DNA from: a virus
Taxonomy: Duplodnaviria > Caudoviricetes
Strand: one strand, 5' to 3'
DNA length: 64,000 nt
Virus record (IMG/VR): IMGVR_UViG_3300037602_000018
Location: 1-64,000 of that record
Shown: one piece after another, positions 48,901-60,042 of the stretch
Position numbering within the stretch: position 1 is the stretch's first letter
How the letters are laid out: each line of letters starts with the position of its first letter
Made by a program: the position numbers and the translations under genes
The notes under the pieces: generated by a model
What the model saw: the letters and a program-made list of their open reading frames with translations, nothing else
Database searches by the model: none
Told to the model about the DNA's origin: nothing

Positions 48901-51900
48901 CTATCTTCTAGTTCTCTGATAATTATATCATTAAGTACAGCTATATCTAATTTAGAATCTAATTTTAATATTTTTCTAATTTCCTGAGCTTGCTCATTAG
49001 ACAACTCTGAAATGTAATTATGAATATCCTGAACCAAATCACTGCCTAATCTTCCATTATAATCTTCATCTAATTTAATATTAGCTAAAATATTCTTTTG
49101 AATCTGAGAAGCTATAGCAGTTTGTTTAATTCCCTTAGTAGGTAAATCCTGTTGTAATCTCCAATTTCTATTATCAAGTTCAAATGAATCTAAAGTAAAC
49201 TGTCCTTTAAGTTCACCATCTTTTGAAATTTCAGAAGGAGTAAATGCACCTACTTTAACACCATCTAAAGTGATAACTTCATCTACATTATCTATATCCA
49301 TTCTAACGGCTAATTGAGCTAACTCTGTATCAGCAATCATTTGAGGAAGTAATACTCCTAATGAATATTTAAGATAAGTAGGTTTACCATCAACAAGACC
49401 ATAATAAACCCCTTTAATAGGTTGGGTAGATTGAGTAAGAACTTTAAATTCTTCTTGGCTTATTAAATCTTCTTTAGATAACTTTTGGTCTTTTTTAACT
49501 TTCTCAAAACCACTTTCTATCTTTTTATAAATTACATCAAGATCGCTATTCCATCTACCTAATCTTTCTATAATGAATTTCCATCTCTTATGACTAGCCA
49601 ATGCCTGAGCGTCAGTTCTGTTTACATTCTTATATTCCTGAACTACTTCATTATCACCAAAGGCTTTTTCAAGTTGTTCATAATATAGACTTTGAAATAT
49701 AGCATTATTAATTACAGAAGCATTAAACTTGTGATCATTTTTAGTTTCACCTAATGATAATCTAAGTCCATCTATTCTAGCTGCTTGCGCTCTTTTATTA
49801 ACATCAATAAGGTCTTTAAAATAAGACATATCACCATATATAGTGTTAGTCTGTTCATAATTCCCTATAATTGTATTAATAGTATAATCAGCTAATGCAG
49901 ATTCAAATGAAGAATATTTATTTAAAATTGCTTTATCTATTACACTTCTTGTAATACCTTTATTTTCATTAACTACATGTTCTACTATACCTTGTTCTTT
50001 AATAGTATTTACAGAAGTTTGAATATCTTGTTTTAACTTTTCTCTTATATAATCTTTTAAATTATCAAGCTTTTTAGGGTCTAACTTAGAAAAAGGTTTA
50101 CCTGATTTACCATATAAGCCTAGTCTATTATTAAGTTCTTCTGAAATAACATAAGGACTTAATTCTGAATATAAATGAGATTTAAAAGCATTTCCTACTA
50201 ACTGACCTGCTTCATTAGTTATGTTACCTCTTTTATCTGTATGATAATACATTACTCTGTCTTTTTCAGAGATAGGATTTTCTTTAAGTTCCATCCATGT
50301 ATTATACATTCTTTTATATTCATCCTGAAAATGCCCTAATAGAATATTAACAGGTTCTTCTGAAAGATTAATTTTCCCATTATTGAATTCTACTTTACCT
50401 TCTACAAATGGTAAACCTTCTAAAAACGTAATAGTAGATTTATCACCCATAGTTAAAGTAGGATGCATAGTTTTTTGACCTCTCTTACTTCCTAATAATG
50501 CATTAATCTGAAAAGCTAATAAATCAGCAGGTTTAATATTTTTAGGGTCAGCAGCTAAATCTCCTACTTCATCTAGTCTTATAGATGAGAATATTCTTGT
50601 ACGTATTTCTGGAGAATCTAAAAGATATTGTACCCATTTAGAATTAGGATGTTTAACAACTAATTCAGTTAATTGAGATATATCTCCTTCTGCTATTCTT
50701 GTAAAGAAATCTGTAATCATTGAAGGACTACCATATTCCCAATATTGTTTATTATTTACAGTAACATTAGCTTCTGTTAATGAACCATTTAAATCTGATT
50801 CAGCTAAAGCTAATTCAGTTATTAAAGTTTCATTTGCAAAAGGATTATTAAACTTATTATTTACAAATAAAGGTTTTCTCAAACTAGTAAATAAATAAGT
50901 CTTTCCAGAGATAATATTTCTTATAGTTTCTTTCTCTCCATTTGTATTTCTTATATTCCTTAAAGATTCTTCTGTAACATCAATACCTATTTTACCTAAT
51001 AAAGCCTTAAATTTTACTAAAGCCTCATCAGGTTGTTTTAATACAATTTCTTTTATTTCATTGTATTCATTAACAAGATTATCTACTTTATCTGTAGATA
51101 TTTCATTTTTAACTACTAAGTCTGAATATAATAAATTATTACCCCATTTAGCAATTAATTTATCAGAAGGAGATATTCTTTGTGTATCAAATACTTTAAA
51201 GTTTTCTTTTCTTTTATTTAAAGTAGCACTAACATAATTAGACTGTTCTTTATCAAAAGCTAGTTTAAACTGTCTTTGAATATGTTTAGGGGCCTTATCA
51301 AGAGTATTTAACAACTGGTTCATCCAAGGTTTGTTACTCTCATAAGACTTCATTACATTAATCATTTTAGGTAAGACATCTACTATCTCACCATTAACTA
51401 ATGTACTACTAAAACCAGCTAATTTAGGTTCAAGAAAACCCCATATTTCATCAAAAGGTACAAAAGAATATCCTATAGTGGAAGGTTTTTCAGAAGGTAT
51501 AAAAGACAACATTAATTTAATATTAAATGTAGCTTTGTCTTTACCGCTACTTTCAAAAGAAGATTTAATATTTAATGGGTCAGTTCTATCTTCTTCATCT
51601 ACAGCTTCTAAATCATCATTAATTGTTATACCTCTTTCTTTGTAAAACTTAAATACATTCTGATAGAAATCATTTTTAGCATTAGCTACTATTACAAGCA
51701 TAGAAGCTTTTTCTCTATCATTAGATTCTTTAGCTTTTTGAAATTCCTGTTTAAGAAAATTATCTAAGATAGTATAGATATTCTTATCAGCATTAAACTT
51801 TTCAAAGTCTTCTCTGGTTAATAAATTTTCTCCAGAAATTTCATTATATAAAGCATAAGCTAAGTTAGCAGTTACATCATTTACTTGCTTTGCAGATAAA

Positions 51901-52211
51901 TTAGCAAACTTACCATCTATATAAAATCTATCTCCCTTTAGATTTTTAAAGAAATGATAACCATTTTCTTCAAATAATTCAGGTTCACCATTAACATCAG
52001 TAATGCCTTTTTCTTTAAACTCAAGATTATTTTCTTTATGAGCTTTTACAAAGTCACCAAAAAATCTTTTAAATCTTTCTGTATGAATTACATTATAGAT
52101 TCTTTTAACAGTTTCTTCAGGAACTTTACTTCTTTTACTTAATGCTTCATCTATTTTAGGAGCTAGTAAAGAAGGATTATTATTAGTATGGGTATCGTAA
52201 TTACATCTCAT
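45939..52211 (-). CDS. Virion-packaged two-barrel RNA polymerase (crAss-like)
   Basis: 2090 aa; TDAQ, YLKYS, GYRIPNQG.SS and catalytic GSDFDIDK, as in Cellulophaga phage phi14:2 gp66-type RNAPs. Confidence 0.9.
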   Translation of the reverse strand: MRCNYDTHTNNNPSLLAPKIDEALSKRSKVPEETVKRIYNVIHTERFKRFFGDFVKAHKENNLEFKEKGITDVNGEPELFEENGYHFFKNLKGDRFYIDGKFANLSAKQVNDVTANLAYALYNEISGENLLTREDFEKFNADKNIYTILDNFLKQEFQKAKESNDREKASMLVIVANAKNDFYQNVFKFYKERGITINDDLEAVDEEDRTDPLNIKSSFESSGKDKATFNIKLMLSFIPSEKPSTIGYSFVPFDEIWGFLEPKLAGFSSTLVNGEIVDVLPKMINVMKSYESNKPWMNQLLNTLDKAPKHIQRQFKLAFDKEQSNYVSATLNKRKENFKVFDTQRISPSDKLIAKWGNNLLYSDLVVKNEISTDKVDNLVNEYNEIKEIVLKQPDEALVKFKALLGKIGIDVTEESLRNIRNTNGEKETIRNIISGKTYLFTSLRKPLFVNNKFNNPFANETLITELALAESDLNGSLTEANVTVNNKQYWEYGSPSMITDFFTRIAEGDISQLTELVVKHPNSKWVQYLLDSPEIRTRIFSSIRLDEVGDLAADPKNIKPADLLAFQINALLGSKRGQKTMHPTLTMGDKSTITFLEGLPFVEGKVEFNNGKINLSEEPVNILLGHFQDEYKRMYNTWMELKENPISEKDRVMYYHTDKRGNITNEAGQLVGNAFKSHLYSELSPYVISEELNNRLGLYGKSGKPFSKLDPKKLDNLKDYIREKLKQDIQTSVNTIKEQGIVEHVVNENKGITRSVIDKAILNKYSSFESALADYTINTIIGNYEQTNTIYGDMSYFKDLIDVNKRAQAARIDGLRLSLGETKNDHKFNASVINNAIFQSLYYEQLEKAFGDNEVVQEYKNVNRTDAQALASHKRWKFIIERLGRWNSDLDVIYKKIESGFEKVKKDQKLSKEDLISQEEFKVLTQSTQPIKGVYYGLVDGKPTYLKYSLGVLLPQMIADTELAQLAVRMDIDNVDEVITLDGVKVGAFTPSEISKDGELKGQFTLDSFELDNRNWRLQQDLPTKGIKQTAIASQIQKNILANIKLDEDYNGRLGSDLVQDIHNYISELSNEQAQEIRKILKLDSKLDIAVLNDIIIRELEDRKAGNNIIEALKKGISYEALPQHLNRIQNLIFSWVNKRTTKITTNGGGLIQMSSFGLDKLTTTEKEGIYWLTDEIERLADKGLAPPLEGKPGEVLISGGWLSKYIPNWREIPYNELMEVVDSRIFDIVGYRIPNQGMSSNDNLRVVGILPDLMGDTIVPYSEITTKTGSDFDIDKMYVMMPEFNTVPDLSWYNTALNIIDTYNLSADDMLNSIYEVDENWYINEGFIPDDKLFTVEDFNKKYSQSEYSKIVFKYMTEFHSDEMIFKNIQYAEQGSKGIKNKLIQAYIDILNDPKSYIDKMTPLDANFLKDSIERLDALRPQSEQTQLNFFDGVNQLNIKFAYMGGKAGVGQTANHVVDHPLSQLAEIMLATDYQVGHELNGLIDLSQEYTTDGKQKISQVLSAFLNAYVDIAKDNYITKGNHNTLTANVAFLLARAGVPIDQINGFLMQPILVDYVKETNKQESKVYEKQYVNGKLIKPIDKVLAKYGANDKLFKELEPISNFSTESFEKALKFEFSNEATITLEESKEYQLQILKTFLKLQDASKALRDSVVASKVDTNGAGNDLATLIASKKLFGKVVTEGLVENFLAKFDNTFMGAYYRNSIDLIDEITKELFQNIYRQSEFMDIIALQTDNSLTNHKLLRDIIKDTYSIFYSQIPVLRETDIKSLFTDLPQQIYKLRGTNEFIDNLEFNFGEYSFIGVNQLRADSEYFNDMMYQGWKELMQTHPDLADKLVKHAFYSTGFQNAIMSLVPYIPHEWMYESGFIRQIEESNNINLLDNALDVYYKQKIADNKIIPKLADRIKKRPVVNTEGKNFNIKDVFSIDSENYRIDSLDKAKIYYPYLKTGSKNKFNLYKWVGNDNQENGVYVRVNPLGIQQPGGLKINEYTPESIFNTEQLDFVLPKMNSPKLPVAKRIKDKTLDEWLNKDETSENRLTQSEGTPEELNELKNLVIEDISELKNSSELLKELESINTFSALNEFIKKYCN

Positions 52212-52214
52212 TTA

Positions 52215-55200
52215 TTAACACCTTTCATTATTTTGATTATCATCCTTAGCCTTATTAGCTTCTTTATTCTTCCTAGTATCTAAATCCATATTAGATTTAC
52301 CACTTAATCCTTGATTAAATGAGGCCTCTAACTCATCCATAGATTCTTCTGTTTTAAAATCTTCGTTCATGTCGTAATTACTTACTTGTTCTTTAAATAA
52401 ATCTGCTACAGATTCTTTATTATCTAAACCTTCATTATCTGAAGTAATACCAGCTTTTTTAAGGACTTCAGTTCTATCTCCATTATTTTCTTTCCATTTC
52501 ATCTCAGCACCTGTAGTAACTGAGATTATTTGTCCCTTATTATTTACTACAAATTTTCTTCCTTTATGTTCTACAACTTTAGCTCTACCTTGTTGTACTG
52601 CAAAGTTAGCAAATATTTTTCTTCTATCTACAGTATCTTTACTAAAAACTTCTTTACCTTTACTATTAAATATTTTACTTCCTTTAATAGTATATGTTTG
52701 CTTAGATTTTCCTTTAGGGGTATAATTAATAGTGTTGAAAGGTTCATTATATAAATCATTAACAGATACTGCATTATCTAATCCTTCTTCTTTACTTACT
52801 TTTAATTCAGGTTGTTTAGTTTCTGTAATTGGTTTTAAAAACATACTACCGCTATAAATACCTTGTCCTTGTTTAAAAGGTAAATCAACATCTACATCTG
52901 TAGTAAGTATATTTGAATTAACTATATGTTCCCTATATGCTTTATTTTTAAATTTAGAAGCTTTTATTTGATACCTTTTTTTAGTTTTTAAATATTCTAC
53001 TACAGATTCAAAATCTGATCCAGTTGCTAAAGTATTGTTATTTCCTCCGTAATATAGTTTTCCTTTACTTAAATATAACTCAGATTGTAAACCAGCAGTT
53101 TTATTTCCAAAATAAACAAAATAATCTATTACTTCATTATAAGTAGGAGAAGTATTGATTAATTCTTTATAATCAGGAAGTATTGTCTGTAATTGAGATA
53201 ACAGATTGTCAGGCATTAAAGTATTCCAATTTACTTTATTCTGAAGTATACTTTGAAATACAGTTGCTACAAATCTTGCATCTTCATCACTTAAAGTTTT
53301 AACATTAAGTTTAATAGGAATTTTAACTCCTTTATTATTAGTTGCTTTATAAAATATTAAACCTGAACCTGCAACTACTTCGTTACCTGATTTATAAGTT
53401 ACTTCAGGTAAATCATTAAAGTCTTTATCATAATTTCTATTTTTAACAGACCAATCAAATCTAACATATCTTCCTTCAACATTAGTCATAACAAAGTCTG
53501 ATTCTTTTATAGAACCAAATACTTGTTCAATGTTATTATCTTGACGTACATTATTGATTTCTAAAGGATAATATCCTTCTACTTCACTTATTACTTCGTT
53601 ACCTTGTTTAAGTTGGTTAAGAATATTTTTCCTAAACTCTGGATTTAATTCATTTTTACCAGATCTTATTGTATATAAATAAGTAAATACTTCCTGACCA
53701 TTAATAGTAATAGGTTCTCCATCCTTTAAAAAAGTAACTTTTAAAGCTACATTATTTACAAAGTCTGTAAGTTCAGTAGGAGTAATAGTATCATTTAAAA
53801 ACTTTTCAATTAACTGATTATATCTTTCTGTAACTTCTTCTCCACTAGCAAAATGTCTATCTCCAAAAGTTATTTTTACTTTAGTACCTATTTTATCTAC
53901 AGGACTATAATACCATTCTTTAAACGCAGGTTTATCTTCTAAATAACTAGTAGCTATTTGTACACCTGTTTGATTAGTTTGTACAGACTTAGCTTTCTCT
54001 TTAATCTCATTAATTTCATTACCTGACTTAGTTTCAATATTATCTAGTTCAGAAGTAACATTTTCTACAGGCTCTACTTTACTGGTTTCTTCTTTATTTA
54101 AAGTTTCAGCTAAAGCTTCTTTAACTTCTATATTTTCTTCACTAACTTGTTCTTCACCAGTTCTTCTAGATAATTCTTCTTTATCATCTTCTGTTTGAGC
54201 AGCTTTATCAGCTTGTTCTTTAGCTTGATTTTCTAAGCTTTCTCTTTTATTACTAACAACTTCTTTTAGTTGAGATAAATTACCAGATTGTTCAAGTTCA
54301 TCTTCAAGAGCATCTAAAGAATCTAAAGATTTAATACTATTAATATTATTAGTTAATTTAGTATTTTCAGCTTCTCTCTGATATTCAGGTGAAGTTAATT
54401 TACTAAATTCTTTCTCAAGCTTTTTAATGTTAAGTTCTGCTTGTCTTTTAGAAGCTAAAGCATTAGTTAATTCAGGATGATTAGGTAAAGTACTTATAAT
54501 ACTTTTATCATTGTCTATAATATCTTTAGAAGTACCTTCAGGATATTCAATTTTATCTTTTAGCTTGGTTAATGTTTTATCAATTTTTTCTAAAGTTTCT
54601 TTATAACTATCATCTCCAGCAACATCAGCTTGCATTTGTGTTAACACTTTAGCTGATTCTAAAGCTACTCTTTGAGAATCTCTTTCAAATATTTCAAGAC
54701 CTACAGCACTTAAATCTTCTATTTGAGGATATTCAGCTTTAGCTTTACTTAACTTAGAATCAGATTCTTGTCTAATTCTAACCATATTTTCTAAGTTATG
54801 TCTATTAACTGCAAGTAATCCCGCAGTAGAACCATACTTATTAGCATACTTTAAATATTGATTTCTAATCTTAACAGCATCTTCTTTTAACTTCGGAGCT
54901 ATTTCTTTAGCCCAATCTACAGACATATCTTCTATACCATATTTTTCTTTATATTCCTGTAAATCTTGTTCTTTAAGGTTTTCAAGATTATCAAAAAATT
55001 CTATATGGTTATCAAACGTATCTGTTTGTACTGCCTCTAAAGTCATAGCTAAATTCCATGCTTTTCTAGCTTCTAATGAAGCAGATAGATTTCCTTCAGC
55101 ATCAGCCTTTTTAATATTTTCATGTAAAACAGCAAAATGAGTACCTCTCTTATTAATTACATCTTGTTGTTTTTCTAAGAAAGCTTTTCTTTTTTTATTA

Positions 55201-56357
55201 TTTATAAGATTATTCAAGCCTTTACCAGCCATTTGAAAAACAGCTCCACCAGCAGCTCCAGCAGTAACTGAATTCCAGAATTCTGTATCTCCAAGATAAC
55301 CTTGCATTCTTTCTGTAAATGCAGATTCATCTATAAGTCCAGCATTCATTTTTATATTATATGCAGATTCTTCAGCAGATACAAACTGATAAGCTTCTTC
55401 TAAACCTTCATAAGCAGATTGTTTTGCTAATTCTTTAGCTTTACCATATTTACCTAACTTCTTAGCATTACGTCCTGACTTAGATACAAATTGTCCAGTC
55501 ATAGGATTAAATAATTTACCTATAGCTAAGTATTGAGGAATATCCTGAGCTAACATAGCCCATCCTTTTATATAAGTACTCTTAGCTCCTTCCAAAGCTA
55601 ATTCTTCTATTTCTTCTGGACTATATAATTCTCCAGTATCTTTATTAACTTGTCCTTCTAACTCTTGCTTTAATTGTTCATAGGTTCCATAAGCTTCTAA
55701 GTTATTTTCAATTTGTCTGGATATAGTAGCTTGTCCAATACCATTTAAAGTATATTGAGTTCCTTTAGATAACTTTCCAAGAACTGAAGCACCTCTACTC
55801 ATACCAGCAGCCTTACCTAACATAGATAAAGCTTTCATTGTACCAGTAGCAGGTATTAACATACTTAATGTACTACCTATAGACACCATGTTAGCAAAGA
55901 AGTTCTCAGAATTTCCTAACATAAATCCATCTGGATTACCTTGATAAATAGGGTTAGATTCTCTTGAACCTTCTTTAATACTTCTACCTAAGTCTAATAA
56001 AATATTTTCCTGATCTACAGCAAGTAAATTACCTTTAGCTAATTCTCCTAAATAACCAAATCCTTCTATAGTACCACCTACTACTTCACCTGCTAATTGT
56101 ACAGCAAAGTTACCTAGTTCATGATGAAAAGGTTGATTAGTTGCTCTAATCTGATTTAATTCTCCAGCGTCTAAAGAAGTCTTAGGAATATTAATATCAA
56201 ATTGAGAACTACCTAATCTATCTCCAGCAAACGTAGTATTGCTATCAGAGGTAAAATTAGTATCGAGAATTTTATTTAAATATTTACTTTGATATTTAGG
56301 CTTTTCTATTTCAGGAGATTGTTTATTATCAAAGTACTCTGTTAAAGTCTTAGCCAT
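52215..56357 (-). CDS. Large virion/ejection protein
   Basis: 1380 aa; Gly/Ala-rich N-terminal region and coiled coils; in the RNAP operon. Confidence 0.65.
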   Translation of the reverse strand: MAKTLTEYFDNKQSPEIEKPKYQSKYLNKILDTNFTSDSNTTFAGDRLGSSQFDINIPKTSLDAGELNQIRATNQPFHHELGNFAVQLAGEVVGGTIEGFGYLGELAKGNLLAVDQENILLDLGRSIKEGSRESNPIYQGNPDGFMLGNSENFFANMVSIGSTLSMLIPATGTMKALSMLGKAAGMSRGASVLGKLSKGTQYTLNGIGQATISRQIENNLEAYGTYEQLKQELEGQVNKDTGELYSPEEIEELALEGAKSTYIKGWAMLAQDIPQYLAIGKLFNPMTGQFVSKSGRNAKKLGKYGKAKELAKQSAYEGLEEAYQFVSAEESAYNIKMNAGLIDESAFTERMQGYLGDTEFWNSVTAGAAGGAVFQMAGKGLNNLINNKKRKAFLEKQQDVINKRGTHFAVLHENIKKADAEGNLSASLEARKAWNLAMTLEAVQTDTFDNHIEFFDNLENLKEQDLQEYKEKYGIEDMSVDWAKEIAPKLKEDAVKIRNQYLKYANKYGSTAGLLAVNRHNLENMVRIRQESDSKLSKAKAEYPQIEDLSAVGLEIFERDSQRVALESAKVLTQMQADVAGDDSYKETLEKIDKTLTKLKDKIEYPEGTSKDIIDNDKSIISTLPNHPELTNALASKRQAELNIKKLEKEFSKLTSPEYQREAENTKLTNNINSIKSLDSLDALEDELEQSGNLSQLKEVVSNKRESLENQAKEQADKAAQTEDDKEELSRRTGEEQVSEENIEVKEALAETLNKEETSKVEPVENVTSELDNIETKSGNEINEIKEKAKSVQTNQTGVQIATSYLEDKPAFKEWYYSPVDKIGTKVKITFGDRHFASGEEVTERYNQLIEKFLNDTITPTELTDFVNNVALKVTFLKDGEPITINGQEVFTYLYTIRSGKNELNPEFRKNILNQLKQGNEVISEVEGYYPLEINNVRQDNNIEQVFGSIKESDFVMTNVEGRYVRFDWSVKNRNYDKDFNDLPEVTYKSGNEVVAGSGLIFYKATNNKGVKIPIKLNVKTLSDEDARFVATVFQSILQNKVNWNTLMPDNLLSQLQTILPDYKELINTSPTYNEVIDYFVYFGNKTAGLQSELYLSKGKLYYGGNNNTLATGSDFESVVEYLKTKKRYQIKASKFKNKAYREHIVNSNILTTDVDVDLPFKQGQGIYSGSMFLKPITETKQPELKVSKEEGLDNAVSVNDLYNEPFNTINYTPKGKSKQTYTIKGSKIFNSKGKEVFSKDTVDRRKIFANFAVQQGRAKVVEHKGRKFVVNNKGQIISVTTGAEMKWKENNGDRTEVLKKAGITSDNEGLDNKESVADLFKEQVSNYDMNEDFKTEESMDELEASFNQGLSGKSNMDLDTRKNKEANKAKDDNQNNERC

Positions 56358-58192
56358 TATTTTTGTTTATTATCTAAAAACATAGGTGTATAATAAGATT
56401 TAACTTTATTCATTTCTCTTTGTTGAATTTCGTTTAAACCTACTTTTTGTTTTTCTTCTTTAGGTAGATTTAAGACCTGATTTTTAGATAAACCTGATTT
56501 TGCTTCTACTACATAAGGTACATATTCATAAGTTCCGTCTGAAGCAGGATTAAGTTCATTTACATAATACAAAGATACTCCTCTTTGATTAGTAGGTTCT
56601 TCTTCAAATCTCTTACCTTGTAAAGTATTCTGTAATAGTTTATGACTTAATGATGTATTAGTTTTAATATTATCATCATTCTCAATAAATACTGTAGATA
56701 ACTCTCCATCACTATTTTTAAGATTAGCTACATAACTTCCTGGAGTTGGGCCTATCATAGTAATACCAGCAATCTGTCCAGTTTCCTGTAAAGCAGCATA
56801 AAGCTCTGAAGCATCATCATAACCTAATTCTTCAGCAGCCTGATCTATATTTGTAGGAGAATATTTTTTACCATTAACTGAAATTGATCTCATTGATATA
56901 TCACCTACTTTACCATCTTTAGTACCTAATATTCTTTCAGTTTCATATTCCATATTAGAATTAGTAGGTCTCCATACCTGACCATAACCCTGAGTTAATT
57001 TTTGTTCAGCTTGACTAATAGCATTCCATACTTCCTGATCTGATTTACCTCGTAATATAGGATCTGAATTCCTAACTTGATTAATCATTTGTCTTTGCTG
57101 TTTGAACTTATCTTTAGCTTTTACTAATCCTTTATCAGTAGTCGCCCCAGGTAAACCAGCAGTAAAACTTTCAGACATTTTTCCTACAGGGTCTTTTGAA
57201 ACAATAGGTTCAACTAGTTGACCATTTATAAATTCAGGAGAATCTAAAGTATTCATAGTTTGACTAGCAGGTAATGGTACATTACTCATTGTTAATGGTG
57301 ACCATCCCTGAGCCTTTAAAGCTTCTTCACGTTTCATCATATCAACAAAGAAAGGACTGCCTTGAAATCTCATATCCCTGTCTAAAGAAACAGATTTAGG
57401 ACTGTTACGTACAAGAGCTGTATTTACAGCATTTTGTAACTGACTATTCATATATTGTTCTGGATCAGTGCCTCTTAAATAAGCACTATCTCTTAAATAT
57501 GAAACTACTTCTGGACTATTTTGTAGATAATTCTTTACTACAAAATCTGTAACTTCACTAGGAATTCCTTTAACTGTTTGACCATTTTTATACCAAATAT
57601 AATCACCTGTAGTAGGATCAATTTGTTCAGTTCTTTCCCAACCTGTAGAAGTCTCTATAGATTGTTGTGGAATATCTTTAGCTAAGTCTAATGCAATTTT
57701 TTGTACATCTTGATAATCTGAAGGAGTAAATCCATTAAAATTACCAGATTCATAACCTTTATAATCCTGTAAAGACTTTTGTAAAGCTAATTGTCTATCA
57801 TCTCTTAGAATTTTGTCATTAGACATTAATTCTTTAGCATAATTATTATATGCTTGATAGTTCTGGCCTATTTGATATAATGCTCCACCAGGATTCATTA
57901 AATCATCTCTCTTACGTTTAAGATCAATTAATTGATTTCTTAAAGATGAATTATATCCTTTTCTATTTAATTCATCTGTAATAGCATTAATACCTTGATT
58001 AATTTCTGTTTGATATTTATCTCTTGCAGCTATGTCTTTAGTTAAAGCATCCTGATAAACTTGTTGACTTTGAGCTGCTGTATATAATTGATCCTCTGCT
58101 TGTTGATAAGCTAAAGGTAAATAAGCATATTCTTCAAATGAAGTAGGTTGAAATTGAGGATAAATTCTACGTTGACTGTATCTATTTATCAT
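56357..58192 (-). CDS. Putative virion cargo protein
   Basis: 611 aa, Gln-rich, in the structural operon. Confidence 0.55.
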   Translation of the reverse strand: MINRYSQRRIYPQFQPTSFEEYAYLPLAYQQAEDQLYTAAQSQQVYQDALTKDIAARDKYQTEINQGINAITDELNRKGYNSSLRNQLIDLKRKRDDLMNPGGALYQIGQNYQAYNNYAKELMSNDKILRDDRQLALQKSLQDYKGYESGNFNGFTPSDYQDVQKIALDLAKDIPQQSIETSTGWERTEQIDPTTGDYIWYKNGQTVKGIPSEVTDFVVKNYLQNSPEVVSYLRDSAYLRGTDPEQYMNSQLQNAVNTALVRNSPKSVSLDRDMRFQGSPFFVDMMKREEALKAQGWSPLTMSNVPLPASQTMNTLDSPEFINGQLVEPIVSKDPVGKMSESFTAGLPGATTDKGLVKAKDKFKQQRQMINQVRNSDPILRGKSDQEVWNAISQAEQKLTQGYGQVWRPTNSNMEYETERILGTKDGKVGDISMRSISVNGKKYSPTNIDQAAEELGYDDASELYAALQETGQIAGITMIGPTPGSYVANLKNSDGELSTVFIENDDNIKTNTSLSHKLLQNTLQGKRFEEEPTNQRGVSLYYVNELNPASDGTYEYVPYVVEAKSGLSKNQVLNLPKEEKQKVGLNEIQQREMNKVKSYYTPMFLDNKQK

Positions 58193-58194
58193 TC

Positions 58195-60042
58195 TTAATT
58201 ATTCTTTATGAGATTACCTTGTTTATCATAAACATTACCAAATCTATCTATAGTATATCCTACTGGTAATTGATTAACCATTTGTAAGTTTCTTTCATCT
58301 TGCCCAATAGCTCCTATATTTTGTCCTAAATTAGAAGTAGAATCCATAAGTAATGAACTATATTGGCCTTGGTCTCTATCATTCATATCAGACACCTGCA
58401 TTCTCATACCTTGATTACGAGCATTTTGTTGGTAATTCATTTCTTCTACTCTGGCTCTTTCTCTGGCGTCTAATTCATCAGATTGCATATTAGCATTAGC
58501 TAAAGCTTTTTGAGTATTTAGATTTATTCCTAATAAATTACTCATTAATGCTCCTGAGTTACCTTGAGAAGTATTTACTAATTGTCTATTGATAGCTCCT
58601 TCTTGAGATTCAATATCTCGTTTAATTTGGTCTCTATTTACAAGATTAGCTTTAAACTTATTTCTTGTATTAAACATATTCAAATCTTTACCTTCTGGTT
58701 TATTAGCCAATATCATAGCTAAGTTACCTAATTCAGCAACTGCTGGAGCATATCTTAAATAACTTCCATAAACATCTGAACTTTTATTTACAGGTGGAGT
58801 TATTTGTTCTATTTGATTATAAGAGGGGTCTTGAGTTATATCGTTACTAAAGTCAATATTACCAGTCTTTAATACTGGTTGACCTGTAGCATACTCATTT
58901 CCAAATGAAGGGTCTGAAGTTATAGGTAATTGATAATCATTTCCATATAAAGAATTAATAGGTAAATAAGTATCATTGTTAAATATACCAGAGTTATTAA
59001 ATTCATCTGGGTCATGCATGGGGCCTCCTAAAGCATATATATTTTTACTACCATATTTTCTAGCTCCTTTATCTAATTGATAATTTTTTTGCATTGGGTT
59101 TTCACCTCTTTGATAAGATTCTAATGCTCTACGTGAATACTCAGCTTTAGTTTTAGAATCTAAACTATCGTACATAGAATAAACACTATCTGAAGTATCT
59201 CCTACGTTTGCTAAATTTTTCATAGACTGAGCAAGATAAGGTAACATAAAAGATTCTTTACGAACCATTTCTTCTCTGGAAGTGTATTTAGGGCCACCCA
59301 TAGCCATTTGTTGTTGAGGTTGATCTATATTATGTACTTTTTTATAAGATTCCTGAGCATCTATAAGATTCTTAGTTTCTTTCTTTAACATATTTTTAGC
59401 ATAAGGGTCATTAGGTCTTTCTTTATCATTCATCATTTTAGATACATCTGCAAAAGATTTCCCAATAGCTTTTTTAGGTAAACCATATTCTTCAGCTAAT
59501 TTTTTATTAACTTTTAGTCTATCTGAAAATACATAATTGTCAGACATAGTTTCTCCTTCTTCTACACTAGCATTAGAGCCAATGGGGATACCCCCAAGTT
59601 TGTTTTGCTCGTGAGTACCCCCTTCAGTAAATTCAGTTAACTTACCTCCATTGGCATAGATATATCCCCCATTTTTAAATACTTTATTCTCATCTATCAG
59701 GCCCCATGTAGAAGAAGTGAGTAATTGTCTACCTGTTCCTTCCCAAAAACCATGTTCATCTATATTAGATGTTAAACTTTTATGACTAAAATTACCAGCA
59801 GCTCCTTTAGCCATTCTTTCACCTAAATCATCTCCTTTATCTACAGTATAATCTCCACCAGTTAAAGCATCCGCACCTGTATTAGACATTTGTATAAAGG
59901 GAGCAGCCATAGGAATCATTGAACCTACACTATTTGCAAGTTGATCACTGGTTTGACTTAATTGCCCATAGCTATCTATATCCTCTTGGGTAAGTCCACC
60001 ATAGGCTTTTTTATATTTAGATTTAGAGTTTTTATATTTCAT
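58195..60042 (-). CDS. Putative virion cargo protein with repeated xxGG motifs
   Basis: 615 aa; GGTHEQ..GGI...VEEGE...YVFSDRL domain. Confidence 0.6.
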   Translation of the reverse strand: MKYKNSKSKYKKAYGGLTQEDIDSYGQLSQTSDQLANSVGSMIPMAAPFIQMSNTGADALTGGDYTVDKGDDLGERMAKGAAGNFSHKSLTSNIDEHGFWEGTGRQLLTSSTWGLIDENKVFKNGGYIYANGGKLTEFTEGGTHEQNKLGGIPIGSNASVEEGETMSDNYVFSDRLKVNKKLAEEYGLPKKAIGKSFADVSKMMNDKERPNDPYAKNMLKKETKNLIDAQESYKKVHNIDQPQQQMAMGGPKYTSREEMVRKESFMLPYLAQSMKNLANVGDTSDSVYSMYDSLDSKTKAEYSRRALESYQRGENPMQKNYQLDKGARKYGSKNIYALGGPMHDPDEFNNSGIFNNDTYLPINSLYGNDYQLPITSDPSFGNEYATGQPVLKTGNIDFSNDITQDPSYNQIEQITPPVNKSSDVYGSYLRYAPAVAELGNLAMILANKPEGKDLNMFNTRNKFKANLVNRDQIKRDIESQEGAINRQLVNTSQGNSGALMSNLLGINLNTQKALANANMQSDELDARERARVEEMNYQQNARNQGMRMQVSDMNDRDQGQYSSLLMDSTSNLGQNIGAIGQDERNLQMVNQLPVGYTIDRFGNVYDKQGNLIKNN

